Positions 60,001-64,000 of a stretch of 64,000 nucleotides of DNA are shown in pieces. A program made the position numbers and the translations under genes. The first letter of the stretch is position 1; each line of letters starts with the position of its first letter. The notes under the pieces were generated by a model. It ran no database searches and was not told the DNA's origin. It saw only the letters and a program-made list of their open reading frames with translations. Origin of the DNA: Methanoregula sp. (GTDB lineage: Archaea > Halobacteriota > Methanomicrobia > Methanomicrobiales > Methanospirillaceae); assembly GCF_049518935.1 (NCBI RefSeq), contig NZ_JBEKRH010000008.1:271-64270 (forward strand), in the 5' to 3' direction.

Positions 60001-63000
60001 GGCATGGTCCAGGGCGATAACAGCATCTTCATATTTGCCAATCCGGACGAGTGAGGTCCCGCGTCCTTTATGCGCACGTTCATTCTCCGGATCCAGCAGG
60101 AGGGCTGCATCAAATGCGTCTATTGCATCAGGATAGCGCTGGAGTACTGCCAGCGATTCACCTTTTACCAGAAGGGATCGCAGGTCTTTATCCTCAAGAG
60201 CAAGGGCGCGGTTTACAGCATCTATCGCCTCCTCGTACCGGTTGAGGAGATACAGGCATTCTGCCTGCTCTGCATGGACTGCTCCTGTGTTAAGGCCAAG
60301 AGTGATAGACCGGTCAAATGCCACAAGTGCTTCTTCGGTTTTCCCGAGCTGGGTTAATGCAAGTCCTTTCCGGTAGATAATCTCTTCATTATCCGGCTTT
60401 ACCGATAGGTAGCCATCAAACGCTTCGACCGCACTTTCATATTTTTCCAGGATGATGAGTGTCTTGCCTTTCTCCTGCCATGCTTCGCCGTTTGCCGGGT
60501 TAATTTCAAGTGTACTGGTGAACGATTCAACGGCTTCCTCATATCGCTGGGTAAGCATCAGGGCAAAGCCCTTGTAAAAGAATGCCCGCTCACAGTCCGG
60601 TGCAATTCTGTTGACCCCGTCATAGGCAGAAATGGCCTCGTTGTAAGATCCGAGATGATCCAATGAACGGGCAAGGCCGTACGCCGCAACAAGATCGTCG
60701 GGGCGGGCAGAAAGAACCCGTTCGAATGCCGTTATCGCTTCACGGTACCGCCCGAGCGCCGCAAGAGTTCTGCCATTTTCACGGGAAGCATCGACGAAAT
60801 CCGGTATGATCCGGTTTGCCTCATCGAATGCGGCAGCAGCCTCCGGGAAGTTTTTCAAACGGAACAGCGCCACGCCTTTATAATAAAATGCCTCACCGAA
60901 TTCCGGCATAATCGCAAGGGCACGGTCAAATGCGCTGACTGCTTCACCATCATTCCCGAGGCTGATATGAGCCCGGCCCTTGTAGAACCACGTGTGGGGA
61001 TTATTCGTATCCAGTTCGAGGGCATGATCGTACGATATCACAGATTCCTGGAACTTCTCGACAGCGAACAGACAGAAACCACGTATGAGCCAGGCATTGG
61101 CAATCTTCGGGTTTCCATCAAGGGTCTGTGTCAGGATATCGATTGCATCACCGAACTCACCCAGTTCAGCAAGTGCAAGACCTTTATGATACAGGGCATC
61201 CCTGTTGTCGGGGCTGATGCTGAGCGTCTGAGTAAATGCGGAGGCTGCGTCGTCCTGACGCCCGAGTGCGGCGAGTGCAAGGCCCTTCTGGTATAATGCA
61301 TCCGCATTGTTCTGATCAACAGCAGACGCTGCATCAAAGGCTGCAATTGCATCCTCAAAATTTTCAAGACGGGCAAGTGCGATCCCTTTCTGGAAGAGTA
61401 CTGCCGGATCATCCGGATTTATTTCCAGGGCTATATTGTACGAGAGGACTGCTTCCTCAAACATGCCTACTTCCGCCAGGGCATTTCCCTTCTGGAAGAA
61501 AGCAGGGACATAATTGGGAATCAGGACAAGAACCCTGTCGAACGATTCCACTGCTTCAAGGAACCTGCCAAGCTTCGCGAGAGCAAGTCCGCGATCATAG
61601 TGGGTTTGCGCAATGTGAGGATCCTGTTCAATTGCCCGGTCAAATGCCTCGACAGCATCTGCAAACCGCGCGAGATCTGTAAGGGCGACTCCCTTGCTGC
61701 ACCATGCATCAGGGAGGTCAGCATGGATTGAGATTGCTGCTTCGCTTGCAGACAGGGCCTCCTCGTAACGACCGAGATCGTGCAGGGCATAGGATTTGTA
61801 CAGTGCAGCATCGGCATCAGCAGGATTATATTCAAGTGCGTGGTCAAACGCATCAACAGAATCCTGGTACAAGCCGATATCATAGAGGGATCTTCCCCGC
61901 TGGTAATGGGCTGGTGCATATGATGATGTGAGTGCGAGACATTTATCGAAGGCTGTTACCGCATCACGAGGGTGGTTGAGCCTGACCAGTGCGAGACCCC
62001 GGTGATAGTACGCCATTGCGTGTTCCGGCTGCAGGCTGAGGGCCAGATCGAATTCCACCAGCGCTTCTTCAAAGCGCGAGAGCTCAAAGAGGGAAAGACC
62101 GTTATAGAAATGTGCCTCGGAAGAATTAGCATCCAGTTCCAGGGCATGGGAATATTCTTCAACCGCGTCGGCAAACCGTGTCAGGTCAGCGAGTGCACGG
62201 GCTTTATAATAATGTGCCTGGAAATTGTTTGCATTCTCGAGAATGGCCCGGTCGAAATCATTGATCGCATCCGGGAATTTGCCAAGATTATAGAGCGCAA
62301 TACCCTTGCGTAACCGTGCATCCGTATATTTCGGTTTGAGCTGGAGAGTCTTGTCGAATGCGAAGACTGCATCCGGATATCGTTTCAGTTCAGCATATGA
62401 TTTCCCCTTGTGATAGAAGGCAAGGGAATTTTCCGGGTCATAGATCAGTGCCCGGTCAAATGCCTCCAGCGCTTCCTCATGCCTTCCCAGTTTCTCTAGC
62501 GCAAGGCCCCGGTTGAAATGACCGGGAGCGTTGCTGGTGTCTTTTGAAAGGTTCCTGTCAAATGCGTCGAGGGCCTGGGTATATTTACCGGTCTTTAAGA
62601 GCGCAAGGCCGAGATAGTAAAATGCTTCGGTATATGAGGGCTCTATTTCAAGGGCATGATTCAGGGTCAGGATCGCTTCGGGATACTTTCCGATCTCGAT
62701 CAGGGATTTGCCCTTGTAATAGTAGGCCTGTGCAAACCCGGGAAGCAGTGCGATTGTCTTCTCAAAGGAGGTGATTGCATCCCGGTGATCACCCAGCCGG
62801 GCTAAGGCGAGTCCCTTGTGGTACTGGGCATCGCTGTTCTTTGGATCAATCTCGAGAAGGATCTCAAAGACGTGGATCGCGCCTTCCATCCGGTTGACTT
62901 TTTCGAGCGCTAATCCCTTGTAATAGAATGCCTCGATACTCCGCTGATTCAGGGTAATTGCATTGTCAAATGCATCAATCGCATCCTGGTAACGGCTGAG

Positions 63001-64000
63001 ATCATAGAGAGCCCTGCCATTCTTGATCCAGCCGGCTTCCTGGTCGGGATCAATTTTCAGGGATTTCGCGTATGCCTGGATTGCATCATCCGACTTCCCG
63101 ATCTGGTTGAGTGCATCCCCTTTCCGCATCCAGATATCGTGCAGGGAGGGGTTGATATCGAGGGCCCGGGTATAGGCGTTGATCGCATCCTGGATCTTGC
63201 CGAGATCGGCAAATGCATGACCTTTTTTAACCCAGCCTTCGGCAAGACCTGGCTGGATCTCGAGCGCCTTTGTATAGGCGTTGATAGATTCCTGTTTACG
63301 GGATAAGCCTGAAAGGGCATTGCCTTTCTGCATCCAGATATCGATAAGGGTTGGGTTGAGCGAGAGAATGCGATCGTCCGCTTCAACGGTTTCCTCATAT
63401 TTCCCCAGAATATAGAGGGAATTTGCCCGGCAGATCATTGCTTCGATCAGGGAAGGATTGGCCGCAATACTCTTGTCAAGGAGCGGTATTGCCTCTTCAT
63501 AGCGGGACAATGCAGCAAGCGCAATACCTTCGTACATGTACCCGTCTGTAAGGGACGGGTCCATCCTGGTTGCCTGCTCAAGGGTAGCGATGGCATCCCC
63601 GTACTGTTTTGCCTGGAGATAGGAGAGCCCCATGTAGTAATAAGAGGAGGCATTCTCCGGTTCGATCGTCAGTGCACTGGAAAATGCCTTCACTGCTTCG
63701 TCATACCGCTCCCGCTGGATGAGCGCAATTCCCTTGAAATGATAGGCCTGGCCATTGGAGGGATCCTGGGAGAGGGAACTCTCAAAGGCGCGGATCGCGT
63801 CATCATATCGCTCACGGCCGGCATAGGCAATACCTAAGTAATAAAAGCCGGCCGCATTGTCCGGTTCGATTGCAAGGGAGTTCTCAAATGCCGTAATCGC
63901 GTCATCATACCGCTCTTTCTGCGCGAGTGCAACCCCTTTGTGGTACAGGATTTTTGGATCATCAGGAGATATTTCCAATGCCTGATCATAGGAAACAACC
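54082..64000 (-). CDS. giant all-TPR repeat protein (more than 3300 aa; the 5' end is outside the window)
   Basis: Uninterrupted minus-strand ORF. The ORF-track start at 63978 is an internal TTG, and the frame stays open to 64000 (..VVSYDQALEISPDDPK..). The whole length shows the 34-aa TPR consensus (A..Y.KAL.I.P....A....G.AL..LG.Y.EAI). Confidence 0.9.
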   Translation of the reverse strand, partial: VVSYDQALEISPDDPKILYHKGVALAQKERYDDAITAFENSLAIEPDNAAGFYYLGIAYAGRERYDDAIRAFESSLSQDPSNGQAYHFKGIALIQRERYDEAVKAFSSALTIEPENASSYYYMGLSYLQAKQYGDAIATLEQATRMDPSLTDGYMYEGIALAALSRYEEAIPLLDKSIAANPSLIEAMICRANSLYILGKYEETVEADDRILSLNPTLIDIWMQKGNALSGLSRKQESINAYTKALEIQPGLAEGWVKKGHAFADLGKIQDAINAYTRALDINPSLHDIWMRKGDALNQIGKSDDAIQAYAKSLKIDPDQEAGWIKNGRALYDLSRYQDAIDAFDNAITLNQRSIEAFYYKGLALEKVNRMEGAIHVFEILLEIDPKNSDAQYHKGLALARLGDHRDAITSFEKTIALLPGFAQAYYYKGKSLIEIGKYPEAILTLNHALEIEPSYTEAFYYLGLALLKTGKYTQALDAFDRNLSKDTSNAPGHFNRGLALEKLGRHEEALEAFDRALIYDPENSLAFYHKGKSYAELKRYPDAVFAFDKTLQLKPKYTDARLRKGIALYNLGKFPDAINDFDRAILENANNFQAHYYKARALADLTRFADAVEEYSHALELDANSSEAHFYNGLSLFELSRFEEALVEFDLALSLQPEHAMAYYHRGLALVRLNHPRDAVTAFDKCLALTSSYAPAHYQRGRSLYDIGLYQDSVDAFDHALEYNPADADAALYKSYALHDLGRYEEALSASEAAISIHADLPDAWCSKGVALTDLARFADAVEAFDRAIEQDPHIAQTHYDRGLALAKLGRFLEAVESFDRVLVLIPNYVPAFFQKGNALAEVGMFEEAVLSYNIALEINPDDPAVLFQKGIALARLENFEDAIAAFDAASAVDQNNADALYQKGLALAALGRQDDAASAFTQTLSISPDNRDALYHKGLALAELGEFGDAIDILTQTLDGNPKIANAWLIRGFCLFAVEKFQESVISYDHALELDTNNPHTWFYKGRAHISLGNDGEAVSAFDRALAIMPEFGEAFYYKGVALFRLKNFPEAAAAFDEANRIIPDFVDASRENGRTLAALGRYREAITAFERVLSARPDDLVAAYGLARSLDHLGSYNEAISAYDGVNRIAPDCERAFFYKGFALMLTQRYEEAVESFTSTLEINPANGEAWQEKGKTLIILEKYESAVEAFDGYLSVKPDNEEIIYRKGLALTQLGKTEEALVAFDRSITLGLNTGAVHAEQAECLYLLNRYEEAIDAVNRALALEDKDLRSLLVKGESLAVLQRYPDAIDAFDAALLLDPENERAHKGRGTSLVRIGKYEDAVIALDHAIESDTANVELLTCKGYSLYRLTRYKEAIEAFGKALKRKTHTPRALFFRGKAYIRIGRWEDAIASLEKLISLDQKNAPAWYYKGVGLSRMGLHKDALAAFDQAVTLDEVCPAAWYNKARELSALERYEEAVHTFDRSLELKPDLQGAACRKGLALAILNQPDEAVAAFDQALTMGPGSRELHYSRGKSLMHLGRFEDALDAFNNTLSLSPEDASAWLDKGQTLLNLKNFTGAIEAFDRTLSLNPGSAQASFSRAQALSALGNDVEAIKSYNTALDIDSTWYDAAYYRGCAQLRLEDYAGGIKSFEYVLESVPDHALAHYHKGLALQALGKYENAIRSYKQALTHDNSILDAVYETGLCYAGLGKYENALRAFDKMLELTPDNANVLYQKGRSLSRLFRFEDALLALDASLLLENNSADVWILKGSALYELGRFGESLEAFDRAIALAPDNSIAWYRKGKSLIDLSRYADAVPCFDQVLLTDGDCAGAWLKKGSALLSLGQFGAAVDTLTQALELKPQAANGWYDRAIALMEEGRDEDAVASYDRAIAINRKYTNAWYDRGVVLARLGRDRDAIASFESATAIDPHFINALYDKGLALERLRQYKDALSSFEMALSISPSDIPALYHKGLALFNLKRFEDAASAFGSALDLDASVFDAWYLQGISYVHLGNPEEAIASLDQAIRINPHSYDALFEKGLVLSDRADYTGAIAEFTRALDVDDQKRDCHYAQGLAYAALGKHENALAAFSRALALDPGFADGCFNKGIALEQLERFEEAILAFDELISRVPDYPDAWHHRAAASERVGNDEEAFEAYEKARHLDPGNIGIIYSEGKVLSRLGRLEDAIRVFDIALGIEPGYGEILLDKGMALARLGRHAEAETILGDAGEHLIKQPEPFVLRGLSLMELQRYEEAATAFDTALALTPDNPDIWSQKGMALSHLERYDQAISAFDMVLNEHPDELEAYLGKGRALYALGKFSEAVRSFDEVIGRSSGHAAAWHEKGLALFLLKQYEKAIDAFEQALASDPGNHEAMYFEAASYLALEKYENAVESYQHLLSLTPENAIAWYEQGTALASINRHADAVSAFNQAIQIRSDYFDALFARAHSLDRLDRPADAIDAYNQALAIQPLHVPSLHLKGAALMKTGKFEDAVKVIDRALEIDPSYIEAIYDKGRALASLGMYREAVKTFDKVLSLEKNYADVYFDKGLALANLGRHDEAVIALNKTLDLDAGNWQAWYYKGISLAEVGRQKDAIQAFDQVITLYPKSIDAWLHKGMVLAATGKYNDAVEAYVRTLEIDPTNADAWYLKGSAIFAIEGFDDAIEAFNKALEIKPDYVSAYYDKGRALYRMKMFKEAVLAYDNALSIQPKFVEALYHKGNAQIKLSSYEAAIVSFEQALKIRPNFGYIWTGKGIALSYLGRDQDAISFFHKALGIDPKDVLANYHIGISLLRLGKYHEAIKNFEAALAQRSDCAEAFYQKGRALAMLSMNHEAIVVYDKAISLKENFTEAWLYRGISRASLGQYDQALGDYDHALAFHAAYAAPHVFRGVAMIHLDRYEEAITAFDDAISLQPDYAEAYYYKGLALLQQSLYDEAINAFDNAIENNTRYADAYYNKGVALARKDRSDEAIVAFNMALGIQPEYADAIYERGRALMKTGKQKDAITSFDQVLNLNPGSANAIYEKGRALLALGNITAATTALDRAIDINPSCWQAFFWKGQALSEQGSFDAAITVFDRAIEIMPRMSVLYDLKGLAYASLEQYREAIQSYDRALEIDHRPEVFAHKGVALTELGMIRDAVEAFDKAIDQDQDLAEAWMGKGNAFYDLGKYSEAETAYDRGLTLDPENAIAWTRYGMVLSSEQKYDAALESYDRALQIDPTFSIAYFTKGSALIALGRNEEAVEAFNAMITIQPEFVDAWIHKGRALQEMGMYQDALTSFKRALETEPGRKEIWNDIGDILDKIGKHEEAKICYEKGK

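Noticed and set aside
54082-64000. Many 60-200-aa plus-strand ORFs inside the TPR gene, and the regular ~102-bp periodicity, which could be mistaken for a CRISPR or tandem DNA repeat.
   Set aside because: The periodicity is at protein level (34-aa TPR units). The DNA units are diverged, with no conserved direct repeat or unique spacer structure. The plus-strand ORFs are antisense artefacts.

Overview
This 64-kb window is gene-dense and fairly GC-rich. It looks like the chromosome of a methanogenic euryarchaeon, probably Methanomicrobiales. That assignment is an inference from gene content (archaeosine genes arcS/tgtA, cbiMNQO, DUF2115- and DUF4013-like proteins, an archaeal RNase P RNA-like element, TATA boxes and oligo-T terminators); no search was run.

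Order of recognisable content:
- a LeuA/CimA-type synthase, truncated at the left edge
- about 1.9 kb of unusually gene-poor DNA around one small ORF
- a polyphosphate operon (ppk1, CHAD+HD protein, ppx/gppA)
- a four-gene minus-strand operon: vWA (YegL/TerY type), PP2C phosphatase, Ser/Thr kinase, HEAT-repeat protein
- a split pntAA-pntAB-pntB transhydrogenase operon
- arcS-tgtA, then AMMECR1
- an RNase P RNA-like element
- a secreted surface protein, aldehyde dehydrogenase, thioredoxin-like protein and malic enzyme
- an ECF transporter (TrpP-like S component, fused A1A2 ATPase, T component)
- tRNA-Arg(GCG)
- an AT-richer stretch with a lipoprotein and an HTH-PAS regulator
- a cluster of four paralogous membrane-anchored multi-beta-sandwich (COG1361/CARDB-like) surface proteins around an MMPL/RND-type exporter, followed by the 3' remnant of a second exporter
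- cbiMNQO plus a CbiA/CfbB amidase
- ilvD, a DUF4013 membrane protein and purH
- grpE-dnaK-dnaJ
- a THUMP methyltransferase and a small membrane-anchored TPR protein
- a giant all-TPR ORF of more than 3300 codons that runs off the right edge

No CRISPR array, transposase or integrase was seen.

The best candidates for uncharacterised biology are the exporter plus four-paralog surface-protein cluster, the vWA/PP2C/kinase/HEAT operon, and the giant TPR solenoid. Two genes (the vWA gene and cbiA) have essential N-terminal motifs upstream of any in-frame canonical start codon. In each, a one-nucleotide change in a short same-base run would restore a start.

All calls rest on reading the translations and the DNA by eye. 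RNA coordinates and start codons are approximate.
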